Under the pieces are notes generated by a model. It saw nothing but the letters and a program-made list of their open reading frames with translations, had not been told where the DNA came from and did no database searches. Below are positions 12,545 through 27,032 of a DNA stretch of 64,000 nt, in pieces. Position numbers and translations under genes: made by a program. Location of the stretch: positions 43,772,001 through 43,836,000 of the forward strand of contig NC_043008.1 in the NCBI RefSeq assembly GCF_006345805.1, in the 5' to 3' direction. The stretch's first letter is position 1. Each line of letters begins with the position of its first letter. Source of the stretch: Octopus sinensis. Lineage: Eukaryota.

Positions 12545-12900
12545 GAGACTTCCGGAACCTAGCGGAAGCAAACATCATGGGACTTTCCGGTTTGAAAGTG
12601 TGACCGATTGAGACTATGTCTATTATTCCAACCATCTCATTATTGGTCAACCCTTAACTGTCCTCCTTATCGGTTCGGCTTCAAGAATCTGTGTTGCGAT
12701 TTTTCCCTGCAACATTTTAACCACTTGTCTGCTGTGGCCTCCCAACGCGGAGAAATAGAGGCAAATATTTGGTTTCGTTAATTCCCCAAGAAACAGAAAC
12801 TTTTCTATCAGTGAAGCCCAAAATATCTTCTCAAAGATATGTAGAACTTATCTGACGCCAAACTATTATTTGCAGGCTAAGAATGTCAGACATATTCTTT
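12545..12900 (-). mobile_element. Highly degenerate RTE-clade LINE C-terminal fragment
   Basis: Minus strand KIATQILEAEPIRRTVKG*PIMRWLE resembles the RTE motif ..QIL.A.P.G.R.RGRP..RWLD; similar to the 49740-50020 fragment. Confidence 0.45.
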
Positions 12901-12993
12901 TCGTTTAAAACCATCCTCATTGCATTATTTGCTGGAATTTGCAGATCAGATTCTATCATGTGTATTTCGCCTCATTATAATAATTCATTTAAA

Positions 12994-13575
<582 letters not shown>

Positions 13576-14368
13576 CCAGCGCAACTAAAAATCATCGAAT
13601 GCTATTAGCTGCCAGAAAAATAATAATAAAAAAAAGATACGTCTGTTTCCACTCCCCATATTCACAATTTATCTTTGCAATAAAACATTTAATAAATCTT
13701 CAGTAATTGCGTTCATTTCAACATTTCAACATTAACCATGTTTTACTGCTTCGCCAGACCCGCTCAACGTGGTTTAGAAAACACAGAAGTTCACTCCCTT
13801 GGGACTTCTCCAATTACACACGGAAATAAGCTGTGTAGACAGACGAGCTTGAAGTCTAGTCTACGTTAGTCAACAAATTAAGCATACGGTTGAAATAACG
13901 AAGGGGAAATAATATTAATTGCACCGTTTACTGTAAAAGCAACTTAGTAATTCAATAGATTGCCACTTCCTGCTCTTGTGATCCAATTACGAGTCAAATA
14001 AATGAAGTGGAATGGAAAATGTCGACTACCTTTGCTTAATCACCGGACACTCGTAGAAGTAGTTCAACATTAAAGTTTACAAAGCAATAACAAGAGGATA
14101 CACGAATAAGATGAAAAGTTCGGTTAATGTAGATAAGAACTAATATTAATTTGTCACATTAGCATAAGGTCCCAAAGCCCATATATTTCTTTCTTTGTCA
14201 TTTAGCTGGGGCACTGCTCATAGGCTATTTTACAGATATTCCGAGACTGGTGGGAGAGAAAGGATGTAGTGAGGGAGATTTTCTGAAATAGGAGTCGTGT
14301 CCCGAATGCTTGCAACAGAAGGGACGCCATGAAAAGTAGTCATAATATTTGTTGGGGGTATTAAGCTA

Positions 14369-14899
14369 TTTCTTTACTACCCACAAGGGGTTAAACAAAG
14401 AGAGGTCAAACAAGGACAGACAAACGGATTAAGTTGATTATATCGACCCCAGTGCGTAACTGGTACTTATTTAATAGACCCCGAAAGGATGAAAGGCAAA
14501 GTCGACTTCGGCGGAATTTGAACTCAGAACGTAGTGGCTGACGAAATACCACAAAGCATTTCGTCCAGCGTGCTAACTATTCTGCCAGCTCGCCGCCTTA
14601 TTTATAAAGAAAGGCAAAGTCGACCTCAGCGGAATTTGAACTCAGAACGTAGCGGCAGACGAAATACCTATTTCTTAACTACCCACAAGGGGCTAAACAC
14701 AGAGAGGACAAACATGGACAGACAAACAGATTAAGTCGATTATATCGACCCCAGTGCAGAAATGGTACTTATTTAATCGACTTCGAAAGGATGAAAGGCA
14801 AAGTCGACCTCGGCGGAATTTGAACTCAGAACGTAGTGGCAAATGAAATATCGCAAAGCATTTCAGCCGGCGTGCTAACGTTTCTGCCAGCTCGTCGCC
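14369..14899 (-). mobile_element. Composite SINE family A (full + partial + full) within one 17-bp target-site duplication
   Basis: Units 14369-14597, 14609-14668 and 14669-14899; TTGGGGGTATTAAGCTA at 14352-14368 and 14902-14918. Confidence 0.9.
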
Positions 14900-17054
14900 T
14901 TTTGGGGGTATTAAGCTAGGCGACGGATTAATTTATACCACCGAGGAGAGTTGAACTCAGAACTCAGAAAGCCGGAGCAGGTACCACAAGTTATCTGATC
15001 ACACGTTCGGACAATTCCACAAATTCCTCTATAATGGATTGATATTTGTTATCAACTCTGAAATAATGAAAGTCAAATTAACTTCAGCAGGATTTGAACT
15101 CAAAGCAAGGAGGGTCGGAACAAAGAATGTAAAGCATTCTACACAACTGTAAAGATTATACAACACGTCCTCTATAGGTATTAGTGTTGTTAGTGGTATA
15201 GTTCTTAGTTGTTAACCTGTGTTCAGTTCTTACAAAGCGCACTGATGTTCAATGTTCCAGCCAGAGGTAACTACAACCTCTTAGACATTACACCATACAT
15301 ATTTTTACCGTAGAATTAGCAAGTTACTTTTTAAAAAGGGGGAACATTTACGTTTATAGTCCGCTACAGAAACAAGACATCTAAGTTTGGAGCAGCGATT
15401 TGATGTACCCTAACACAAACCCTTCGTTAATTATTGTTATTTACATCCATCAACCAAGTAGCGAGCCTATACATGGTCGCTTGAACGGCATGACGTAACA
15501 GTCAATTTCTCTCAGATTAACACTGCTTCTTTAAAATGAGAAGGTAATATTAGACGAAGTTGTGCGTAATATTTATGACAATTGAAGTCAGTTATTATGC
15601 ATTTAATCATATGTCTAGTATTCTGCGAGCTTGGGAGCGTTCGCAGTCATGTCAGCCAACGACTGGGGATGTTGCTGAGAAAATATCCTAACAAGAACAT
15701 TTTCAGAGTCTATAATTCTCCTTAAGACAGAAATGGAAGTTTTAGAAAAGGCTCTCTTAAAAAGGTTGTTGTTAGTCACCTGTAGTGTTCTCGAAGACGT
15801 GCAAATTTGTATAATCCCCAGCACATCCATTCGTAACAACTTCTATCTAATGCGATACATCGTAGAATAAATCGGGCAGAAATCTAGCTCCAGTAGGACA
15901 CGTATGTATTTGAGTTAGTCTAAAACTTACGCCAGAATCAAGTATTGCCACCTGGCAGTGGTCTTAAGAACTACCAGCCCCAGTTCCACCCTGAAAAGAT
16001 GGAGCGCCACATTGTACATCAGTATCTGTTCGATGGCGAATCGGTCCATCACGGATGCCCGCTTTAGTTTCGGATGAATTGCTATGGCGTTAGAGGCTTT
16101 GAGTGATGCCTCACGAGAACTGGGAGGTAGAAGATACTGTATAATGGGATCGAACCTAGTTCCACATGGTTGCGATGTAAACGATTTAAGCACAAAAACC
16201 ATGTTTGCACAGGTATGTACGCTTTAAAAAAAAACAACTTAACATCCATGATCCTCTTCTAGGACCACGAGATCAGATTCTGGGGTTCAAACACTTGCAA
16301 CTCTGTGAAATCCACTGAACGCTTTCATAGGTTAGTTAGACGTGCTAAACCAGGTCACGGATTCTGTCTGTCACTTAATTTAAAGTTTAAACAAAATAAA
16401 ACAAAAAGAAAACACAAGAACCATACATAAAAAATACTTAATTTGATTTTACGTTAAAATGTTAACGTCGAGAGAAAAAAAAATCTGTCTCTACTTTTTT
16501 TTTCTATAAAGCATACAGCCAGCCGCTAAAGAAGAAACACTCAAGATTTACTATATTACAACTATAAGGCATTTGTGGTGTTGATCTTAAGGCATATTCG
16601 CTAATGGAAATGCCAAAGTAATAAAAGTTTAATAAGATATAAAGAAATTGCAAATATAAACCTACATTTGTGTTAGCACGATATAGAATCAAATAAAATA
16701 AAATAAAAAAAAACATAAATATGAAAAAAAAAAATAAATATCAGCGCAGACTACCAACAGTTAAAAATAACATGAAATCAATTACTTAATCCGTGCCAAA
16801 CAGAAAATTGACTTCAAACAATCAGTGGAAAAAAATAAATAAATAAAATAAATATGAAAATATAAATATCAATAAAAAATATTTTTAAAAAAATTGTAAT
16901 TCTTAAAACAAAGAAAATTACTTCGAGACGGACTTAAAATATAACGAGATAAAATATAAAATTAAAATTTGAAAGCAAGGTTGTAAAATTGTAGAACAAA
17001 ATATATGAAAAAAATACTAAGAAAAATGCAGAAATTAATGAAGAAGGAATACAA

Positions 17055-17447
17055 AGATAGAGAAAGAGGGGGACAGAGAGAGAAAGAAAGAGAGAGTGGG
17101 AGAGAGAGAGAGAAAGAGAGAGTGAGAGAGAGTGGGAAAGAAAGAGAGAGAAAGAGGGTGGAGAGTTTGTTTTCATTAAAGACTAAAATATGGTACTTTA
17201 TTCCAAAAAAGTTTAAAAAATTTAATTTATTGTTCTTAGCCATAATATTTGCCATATTTTTGTGCGCGCGCATGTGTGTGTGTTGTGTGTGTTGTGTCCG
17301 TGCGCGCATAATTCATATATGTGTATATTTACACACATATACATGCATAAATATACACACACATAATATTTACATTTATGCTTATATATATATACATACA
17401 TATAGAAGCATACGCTCACACACACATGTGTAAATATATACAATAGA

Positions 17448-17480
<33 letters not shown>

Positions 17481-17520
17481 TATTGATATAAATGCATATA
17501 TATATACATACATATATATA

Positions 17521-17579
<59 letters not shown>

Positions 17580-17870
17580 ATATATGATGCTTGTATGTTT
17601 TGGCGATTGGAAGGACGTATTGCGAGTAGCTTTGTATGTCTATGTGTATTTGTATTTGTGTGTCCGTATGTGTGTGTTTGTGTGAGTGTCTAAGTATGAG
17701 TGAGTGCGTTTTGGTGTTTCGAATTCAAGGATGTTTGTGATCTGAGCAATTGTGTATTTGTGAATGGGTGTGGATGTGGATATTTCTGTGGATGCGCTTG
17801 TTTTTGTATGTGTGTGTTCGTATGTACACCTGTTTGTGTAAGTCTGCTTGTGTGTATCGTCATTTAGCCG
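17055..17870. repeat. (GA)n, (TG)n, (TA)n microsatellite field
   Basis: Direct. Confidence 0.9.
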
Positions 17871-18189
17871 TAGGTAATCCTCAACCATGTAAATCCTTGT
17901 TCAAACGAGTTCTAATTCCCCGTCTAAATCCAACTTAATGTTTTCACTTTTAATTAAATTAAATTAAATTGCTTCCTTTTAGGGGAGCTTAATAGCCGCC
18001 ATGTTTTGTCATACGGAATATATTCAGATCCGTCTATTTGAACCTCGGAAAATTTCCCTAAGCTTAAATTTCAGAATTTCACGAGGGAAATATTGTTAGA
18101 ACAACCTATGGACGGGAGTAGCGGAAATAGTTTTCAATCTTTATTGTTGTCTGCACTTTTATATTGAACTCGATAATTTCTATTGATAA

Positions 18190-18612
18190 CGGTGTAAAAC
18201 TTTGGCACCAGGCCCTCAAATTTAGGAGAGGGTTTGAGCCGATTACATTGACTCCAAATACTTGATTGCTATTTACTTTATCGATCCCGAAAGTATGAAA
18301 AACAAAGTCGTTCTCGGCGGAGTTTCCACCCAGAACATAAAGAGGCAGAAGGAAGACCATTAAGTATTTTGTTTGACGTGTTAACGATTCAGCCATCTTG
18401 CTACCCCCGTGATTTTTAGTAATTATGACACAATCCAACAAATTTTGGCACAATCCAACAATTTTGGGGGTGGAGATAAGTCGAATACATCGCCTTCCTG
18501 TACGCCAACTGGCACTTATTTTATCGACCCCCGAAAAAATGAAAGGCAAAGTTCAACCTCAGCGGAATTTGAACTCAGAACGAAAAGACGGACGAAATGC
18601 TTCTCAGCATTT
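18190..18612 (-). mobile_element. Two diverged tandem SINE family A copies
   Basis: Core and head homology at 18190-18408 and 18436-18612. Confidence 0.75.
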
Positions 18613-18901
18613 CCGTTAATAATAGCCGATAATGTTGGTTAGTTGGTTGGATGGTTGATGTCCAGTAAAACCGAGATATGTAGAGATTTAATATAAACAG
18701 CGGAAGATGAGTCCATTTCTAATTTGTTACGCCCACAACTATTTTAATTCTAATAACATTTTTTAAATGAAATTTCTAAGAGATTGGTCTTTGAAGGAAT
18801 ATACTTTATATTACTATACTTTGTAAAAATAATAACATATTTATTGAAAATATACAAATGAGAAATTTAGTTTATTTAATTTTATTTAAGGTAATAAATA
18901 T

Positions 18902-19010
18902 GGGCGCAGGTGTGGGTGTGTGGAAAGAAGTGGCTTCCCAACCACATGGTTCCAGGTTCAGTCCCACTGCGTGACAATTTGGGTGAGTGTCTTCTACTAT
19001 AGGCTCGGGC
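18902..19010 (+). mobile_element. tRNA-derived SINE family C, 5' part
   Basis: GGCGCAGG.GTGG.TGTGTGG...GGTTCAGTCCC...GTGTCTTCTACTATAG; homologous to the reverse complement of 60290-60402. Confidence 0.8.
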
Positions 19011-19059
19011 TTACACAGACAGTATTTTACGTAGGATATGGGCAGTTTCCATGAGCACT

Positions 19060-19266
19060 ATTATTGTTATTATTGCTTTACTTCTCGGAATGTTCGGTCT
19101 TGTTTGTTCTGATAGATTCTGTGAGAGCGGACAGCAGCCTGTTGTCAGACGTCTCTCGGGGTCTCTTTCCACACTTTATAAGCTTTGATGATTGTTTCTT
19201 AATTATTGTGCGAGACAGTCAACATCCAAGTACCAATCTCAAAATCCTAGCTGTCCCCAACAGCAC
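19060..19266 (-). mobile_element. R4/Dong-like 3' end (last codons + 3' UTR + TAA tail)
   Basis: Minus strand VLLGTARILRLVLGC*, then ~145 nt UTR ending in CAATAATAACAATAAT. Confidence 0.7.
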
Positions 19267-19445
19267 TGGGGTCGATGTAATCGGCTTAATCCGTTTGTCT
19301 GTCCTTGTTTGCTTCCTCTGTTTTTAGCCCCTTGTGGGTAGTAAAAATAGGTATTTCGTCCGTCTTCACGTTCTGAGTTCAAATTCTGCAAAGGTCGACT
19401 TTGCCTTTCATCCTTTTGGGGTCGATAAAACAAGTATCAGTTGAC
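19263..19445 (+). mobile_element. Circularly permuted SINE family A copy (tail followed by head/core)
   Basis: Starts in the post-core region, passes through the tail end AAATAGGTAT directly into TTCGTC...GAGTTCAAAT...core. Confidence 0.85.
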
Positions 19446-20823
19446 TCTGCTTGTCATCCTTTTAGTTTGATGGATTCTAGCAACCGGAATAATCATCGTC
19501 GAAATCAACGGAAACCCATTTATTTTTCTTTTTAACAAGCATTTGGAGCAGGTCTCCACCGCAGAGAAGCTTAAGAAATTTTACATTTTACTCCTAAATG
19601 TATATTTGATTATAGCAAGTGAGAATTGATTGCTGCATTTAGTCTAGTCAACACGGTGACAGACTGTCTATAACAACGCTGGAAACATATCGCATCTCTT
19701 TAATAGTTCTGACTTGAGTTTATTACAAATACAATTAACTTTGATTGGCCAAGGTCACGTAACTTTACATAGATTTCTCTGAGAAGAAGCATGTATAGAC
19801 GTATGTGAGTGTGTGTGTATGTGTGTGTGTGTGTGAAAGAGGGAGAGGGGGAGATAGGGAGAGAGGATGGGTCAGAGAACAGAGAGAGAGGGGGATAGAG
19901 AGAAGGGAGATAGAAATGGGGAAAAAGAGAGAGCTTGAATTATAGGCAGAAACAGAGAGAGAGAAAGAGAGAACATGGAAATCAAGAGGAAAAGGTTACC
20001 CCGAGGTGCAATGCAGAGGCTGTCTCTGATTCATATTGAAAGAAATAGCAGCCAACTTTCCGTCTTATGTCAAGTCAGGGCATCCTAATCCTGTATTTTA
20101 GCTCTGCCTTCTCCCTCGCACTAGACTTCTCAACAACAAGAAACTGCTGTTCTAGAGGAACAGGCCCACGATATACGAAACACGATTAACCCTCATCGAC
20201 CAAAACCTTACACGTAGATCTAAAGAGACGGGTTTATTACTAGTGGAACACCCTTCACTATAAATCCAGTCGATTAGGATTCACTCTAAATTAAATAACA
20301 ACACCAACAGCAACAGTTTTATTCAGATTGAATTTCTGAGTTTTGGCTAGTTGGCTTGAATCATGGCTCTGTGAACCTCTACTATGAAACACCTAAATGG
20401 CTTTAGCGTGGGGGTCAAATCTGTTGCAGATATTTTGATTGAGTCTTTTGTTGGAGGATAAATTACTCATTTCCGGTACCCACTATGTTATGGTTGCCTC
20501 AGTCCCTCCACTGAATAAAAGAAGAACGCATTGGATAATGTAGTTCTAGATTGAAATTAGATTGGATGATCCCGGCTGGAGAGCGGAGAAAATGCAAGAA
20601 ACCTAAGCAGTTACATTGTGCCACTCGTACGAAAGCTAACTAAATGTTTTGTCGAGTTTTGCAGTGTGGCATCCAGCAAAGGCGAGGCAAGGGGTGTTTA
20701 CATGCTCCTTCTAAACGAAACCAGACTTTTATAAACAATTAACCAATATGTCTGCTGTATGATCACAAATGTTGTGTAGGGGTAATTTTAACCTTGAGAC
20801 TAATAACGGCCCTTGAGTCTAAT

Positions 20824-21039
20824 AACGTAACGCCAGAAGAAGAAGAAATACCTATTACTTTACTACCCACAGAGGGGGACAAACAAGGACAGACAAACGG
20901 ATTAAGTCGATTATATCGACCCCAGTGCGTAACTGGTACTTATTTAATTGACCCCGAAAGGATGAAAGGCAAAGTCGACCTCGGCGGAATTTGAACTCAG
21001 AACGTAACGGCAGACGAAATACCGCTAAGCATTTCGCCC
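20824..21039 (-). mobile_element. 5'-truncated SINE family A with ~18-bp TSD
   Basis: GCCCTTGAG.CTAATAAC at 20809-20826 and 21036-21053 (third partial copy at 20792-20807). Confidence 0.85.
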
Positions 21040-22249
21040 TTGAGGCTAATAACTATCGCATCATGCTACGTGAGTTGAATATAATCTACAAAGGTTAGAT
21101 TTAAATCATATCTAGGGTATTTTCCCCCAGCCACTGTGTTTCTTAGTCTGCATAAAACAATATACACGTCTTTTATAACAAAGCAGAGTGCGATTAGAAA
21201 GGGATTTAGCTGCTATTTCCAGTATGTCGGATGACCAAGCACGGGCTTTTGTTTCCAGTGAGTTTTACTGCAATGAGTGACAAGCTGAACAGTCACTGGT
21301 AGGTGCAAACGATGTAGTATTTAAGAAAAACCTCAGTAATTTCTATGAAACCGTTGCTTATTGTGGTGAACTATAGAGCACCTTTTTTTCTTTTTTAACA
21401 AGGTAGAGATAGTCATCATATATTTGAATTAACTCTTCTCCATCTCGCATTGTTTTTAACTCATATTTTCAACCGATCTCATTTTGTGTATTTTTCTTAA
21501 TCTGTTCCTTATTGTTTTTTTCTTAATCTCTCTGTACACTTCATTCTCTCCTTTTCCCTATCTCTCTTTATCTTCTATCATTTTTTTCTCACTTCTGCGT
21601 GATTTTTGGCCTTATTCTTCGCTTACAATGGATTATCTGGCAAATATTTTTACAGCATAATTAGAGCGATGTTGCAGCAAAGCTTGAATTAATGAAGAGA
21701 AAAATAAAATTACAAAAGTAAAATCAAAAAAGATAAAACGACTTTTTTTCTTTCTGGAAATAGAGTTCTGTCTTTGCTTCTTTTTCTTTTCTAATATTAA
21801 ATGAGCTGCAATTCGAAATGAGTTACAGTCATTCTGTAAGCACCATGTCCAGAATTTAGAAAATATGGATGGAAGTGTTGCCAAATGTTTAAAGAGTTAG
21901 ACTCGCATCGGTGAGATTCTGGTTATAATATAACATTCTAAGATGATGGTTACTTTCTACGTCTTATAGCTTTGAGTAAGACAAGGCCTTTTGGATAAAT
22001 TGTGTTAGAAAGAAAGTCTATGATAACCTATTGGACGCATGCGCGCACACACACACATCAAGGGCGTATGTTCCGCGTGTGCTAAGACTGCGCTGCTATC
22101 GAAAATGGCAAATTCGTGATAAATATTAACCTTACCTATTAATTTAATCACAAATCTTAATAGAAAACTTTTGTTATGTTCCTGCTTGAACATTTGGTGG
22201 CCTTGGGTGTGGCATACCCAATACAACAACGACGATATGACACTGATAT

Positions 22250-22251
22250 AC

Positions 22252-22282
<31 letters not shown>

Positions 22283-22330
22283 TGTATGTATGTATGTATG
22301 TATGTATGTATGTATGTATGTATGCATGTA
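22250..22330. repeat. (TATG)n
   Basis: Direct. Confidence 0.95.
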
Positions 22331-23004
22331 TAATGCGTCTGATTTGCCACAACTCAAGTTTCATGCCCGAGATCATTTAGGTTACTAATTTAGTTATTCT
22401 GACAAGTACATTTCATTTTGCATCTATTATTCGAATTATTCGATCTGTTGGTCGGTCTTGTTTCATCGATAAATCCCTCTTTGTAAACGCCTGTGTTCTG
22501 TTGAGTGGCTGCTTGTTGTGGTAACTCTTATATTCTTAGCATCCTGTCACTGCTGTATCTGTCCATACATTCCTGTGTTATCTAATTCCGACCTTTTAAA
22601 ATATCTTTTGAAGTGTGTACCGGGATATCTGTTACTACTGTTATTAAGAAAATACATTTACTTGTGTTATGATCTTGTTTTGTTTTTTCAGCAGTACAGT
22701 GTGAGCACTTCTCGGAAACTATAACGTCGTGCTTTCTCCTACCTGTTATTTCCAAGCCAAAAGCGTTTCATCCGTTTTATGTTCACTGCTGACTTTATAA
22801 TGTAGTGTGTTTCCTCCTTCAAATGCTTCACTTATTCCTACGATATAACCGTGATTGGTACATCTTTCTTGTGCTACCATTGATTGGCAAATTATTTTAA
22901 AAGCATTATTCTAAATACTTGCCAGGTCAATATTCTTGTCCTTTTGTAGCTGTGTATATTTTCTGTATAGGTCATTATTATTTTTGAATGATATTAAGAC
23001 CTTT

Positions 23005-23435
23005 CTTGGTTGAACCGCTTGCACGCTGGACAAGACGTTGAGCGGCATTTGTTCCACCTTATAATTATCATTCTGAGTAAAATTTCGAGGAGGTCGACTT
23101 TGCCTTCTATCTTTCCCGGGGTGGGGGTCAATAAAATAAGTACCGGTCAAGTGCTGGGGTTGATGTAATCAATTTAGTCTTTCTCTGGTCATATGATAAA
23201 ACTGGAAACCTTTATTTGGGATCGAGACGGTGAACTGGCATAGTTGTTACCGCGTCGCGCAAAATGCTTGGCGGAATTTTTTTCTGGTGTTTTCGTTCTG
23301 AGTTCAGATTCTTCTGAAGCCAATTTTGTCTTTAATTCGACCGGGGTCGATAAAATAAAGTACCAGTCAAGTGTTAGAGTTGATGCAATTGAATTTCCCT
23401 CCCCATAAAATCGTTGCATTTGTGCTTTTTCGAAA
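23005..23435 (+). mobile_element. Two diverged tandem SINE family A copies
   Basis: Head/core homology at ~23005-23190 and ~23228-23435. Confidence 0.7.
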
Positions 23436-24679
23436 GGCATTTTCGAATGCCATTCTTTTGGTTCAGCGATTAGGACTAGGAAATATTTCATCACATTTGA
23501 CGACATATTCAAGATTAAGATTAATTTGAATAAGAAGATATCTTTTTAATAATAGATGGAAGTACTGTCTCCATGCAATTGATGCATTGTTTGGTGTAAA
23601 CTAAACAGTTTTGGAAGGCATCACAATGAGAAAGAAGAACATAAGTGTGGCAGGGAATAATCTGCCATGAGTTCACAAAAACCATCTTTATTTCCTAAAA
23701 GAGAAATTCTTCAGGAGAATATCTAACTTTGTCCTCACTCTTGTGATCAGCTAATAACAACGAACAGACCTCCACGAATCGACGGAGTAGATTTAGACTG
23801 GAAGGATAGATTTGTTAAAGTAATCATGTATACATTATGTGAATAAAGGACTACTTTGGGCGTATAGTGTATATAACTGAAACATCGTATAGTCATGGTT
23901 GGAATGCATTTCATCATAAATCAGTTTGATCAAAGCTGACCCCAGGGTAAACAAAAAACATTAGCAACTGCTACTCTATGGCTACATATTTTATGCTCAC
24001 ACTTCTCTCTGTTGAATTTGAATAATTTACAAAGAAACTTCCACGAAGGAGAGGTTAACGAAACACGAGTTGAATTCAGTTGTGAAATCAAAATTTGTTT
24101 GGAATTACATAAATATGCAACAACTCATCTAATAATAAGTAATTTAATTAAAACTGATGAAATTAAGTTAGTTTTAGACACTGGAGTTGGAGAATTATAA
24201 CAGAAAGATGCATTGTGAGAGAGATGAAATGGATAAGATAAATCAGGCAAAAATATAAAAGAAAAAAATTATAGCGGATTCGGCAACAATATTACAAATA
24301 CATCAGGCTATTCAAATTAATAATAAATGGAAATACAGAAAAAAAAACGGTTGTAGGTATAAATATTGTAAATACATCACCCATCATGACACAGCTTCAT
24401 TGTAATTAATCGGTGATGCAGTGAAGTGAAAAGGTTTGTTAGGCGATGTAGAACATATCTTATTGCAGGCAGAAGACAGCATCTTAAAGCTGTGTTTGGC
24501 GCAAAGTCAACTAAGAACAACACTCGAAACAAATTGAAGGCTATTTGAAAGTAACCACTGTAGAACTAAAAGGGATTCTTAGCCACAAAGATTGATGGGT
24601 AAAGTAAAATAACATAAAAGGAAGCGACTTTCCACTGCTATATATTGGAATGCTGGGGTTGAGTGATAGTTATGATGTA

Positions 24680-24975
24680 CAACCAAAGTACAAATATATG
24701 AGAAACTACCACATGTATCATCTCTTGTGAAAGGTAGAAAAGTCCAGTTTGCTGGACATTGTTGTAGAGCTGAAAAAGAGGTAATTTCTACTCTTCTTCC
24801 CTGGAAGCCATCTGCTGGCGATACCAGAGGGCGCACACTCTCCTACCCTGATGTAATCTCCAGGGATACAGGCATCCAGCAACAGGACCTCCGTAATGCT
24901 ATGATGGACCGTGAAGCCTGGCGTAGCATGGTAAATTCCATTGTCTCGACCACGGTTGAACAATGATGATGATGA
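24680..24975 (+). mobile_element. RTE/RTEX-like LINE 3' end with (TGA)n tail
   Basis: QIYEKLPHVSSLVKGRKVQFAGHCCRAEKE...WKP...RGRTLSYPDVISRDTG...MMDREAWR; the stop codon runs into TGATGATGATGA. Confidence 0.85.
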
Positions 24976-26744
24976 AGTCATTCGTGAATACCACCTCTGC
25001 AAGCGTCGCACTGATGGACATTCTGTCCACTTAACCGGCTTCTTCTATTCACATTACAGTAGAACCAGCTAATAAGCTACCTAATCACATGAAAGCTCAG
25101 GAAGAACCTCCTCTAACGTTTCTCACGGATATTCTTCACAAATAATTCTTGCATCAACAGACATCGAACTATTTTTCCGAACTCTTCTGCTCAGAACTTC
25201 ATCTCGCAGGAAATTATTTCTTGTCCACATCCTGTCTCTCTTAAAATTGACAATTTGTAGCACTTGAACATGGACGTTAAGGAAATCTATATCTCCGGTT
25301 TTAGAGGGCTGCAGGTGCCATGCGTGCATTAATTTCTTCTAGACCCAACTACTGAGAAAACTCCGATAAAGTACAAATTAGAAACCACTACTGGAGCCTT
25401 CGGATGTTCCATGATATGGATCTATACATAGAAAGTTTTCTTCCAAAGTACAGGTCTCTATGTTTTCTGAGGGGAGGCCGGCAGTTAAATGGCATGCAAA
25501 ACTCCCCACTCAATGCCACCGATGATGCTCAAGAGAAAGGCAAAACTGGCCGATAAAGCTTGGCGTCTGTGTCATAGGAATCAACACCGTCAGCACTCAA
25601 TGATCCTTGGCATATACCTCAAAAGAACTCGTTAGATGCTCTATATATATTTCTGACAAAATCGCTGTCCTAGAGCGGTCTTTTATTTATCTACCTCCAC
25701 CCCAACTAAAGGTAAATTTGATCTTGGCTAGATTTGGATTCAGAGAACAGAGAGTCGGAGCAAATATATCTAAGTGTTCTACTGGATAGTCTAACGAACC
25801 GCTGCTCTCTGGAACTCACTACTATCGTCTTGTTTTCCTCTAGTCTTTGATATTCTGTCTTTAGGCGTTCTGTCAATGGACACCTTTTAAATTTGTAGGC
25901 CACTCCTGCTTTTCCTTCTTTGTAATCTCTGATGCTCCGATGACCTCAAGCCATGTTTGAAACAAATCGTATAAAAATAACAAATAAAAAACGTACAAAA
26001 ACATGACTCTGCAAATTCGCCGCTAAGAGCTGCTTTTTTCGTCGAAGGAAAAGCGATGATGTAAGAAAAACTAAATGAATAAATGAATATAATCGTACTG
26101 GAATCTGAAAATAGGAAAGGAAAAATCCTCCCCACGATCAGAATCTTGCAAACTGGACAGAGAGGAAGTGAGCCAATACGAACAGCAACAATAATGCAAC
26201 GTTTCTAACCTTAGGGTAGAAATGGAATGTCAGATTTTAGCTGTACAAGATCGATATTTAGCTACAAATAGAAAGAAGATACAAAAAAAATCAACTAAAA
26301 CCTACCAAAATAGAGTGAAAGAACAAGAGGTTAACGGCAATTCCAGACGATGCAATCGACATAAGCCATCGACCCGCTCATTTCCGGGCATCCTAGTGAT
26401 CACGAAAACAGAATTCCATCCGCATTTCTCAACTTGAAATTACATCGCAGTGTTATTATATAGTAATTGCTGCAGAAAAATCTTGTCTGCATTGACGAGT
26501 ATTTAATATTATTAAAAATATAGTCACGTAAGATCTAAGTATTCCAAGTACTTGGCTGGAATTACTCAAGGAAGGATATATCAATGTAGATGATTTCAGT
26601 GCTTCCCTGGTACTGCTTTATCAAAGCCGACTCCGACAGGATATAAATCCAAAATACAAAAGGACGTAACTAAGGACTACGAAGAGAATTTTTCACCATT
26701 GCTAAGTGTCGTTATCGGTTCCTAAATAATAACAATGATTCTTT

Positions 26745-26785
26745 CTAAGTTTGCCGCAAGGTCATGCGTTTATGAGGGGAGAGAG

Positions 26786-26858
<73 letters not shown>

Positions 26859-26965
26859 TCTCGGTGCTCTATTGGTACATGTTTCAGCGATCCCGAAATG
26901 ATGAAAGCCAAACACGACCTCGGCAAAATTTGAACTCGGAATGTAAAACCGGAAGAAATGCCGTA
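26745..26965 (-). mobile_element. Diverged SINE family A interrupted by (GA)n
   Basis: Core/head homology at 26870-26965; (GA)n at 26780-26856. Confidence 0.6.
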
Positions 26966-27032
26966 AATTCCAACAACAATAACAACAACAACAACAACAA
27001 CAGCATTAGCAGCAACGACGATAATAACAATT

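Noticed and set aside
22335-22860. Possible LINE 3' end with (CATA)n tail on the minus strand
   Set aside because: Too degenerate to recover convincing motifs.
25400-25580. Segment reminiscent of an RTE-associated interspersed repeat
   Set aside because: Only a vague remembered resemblance; no second copy or motif in the window.
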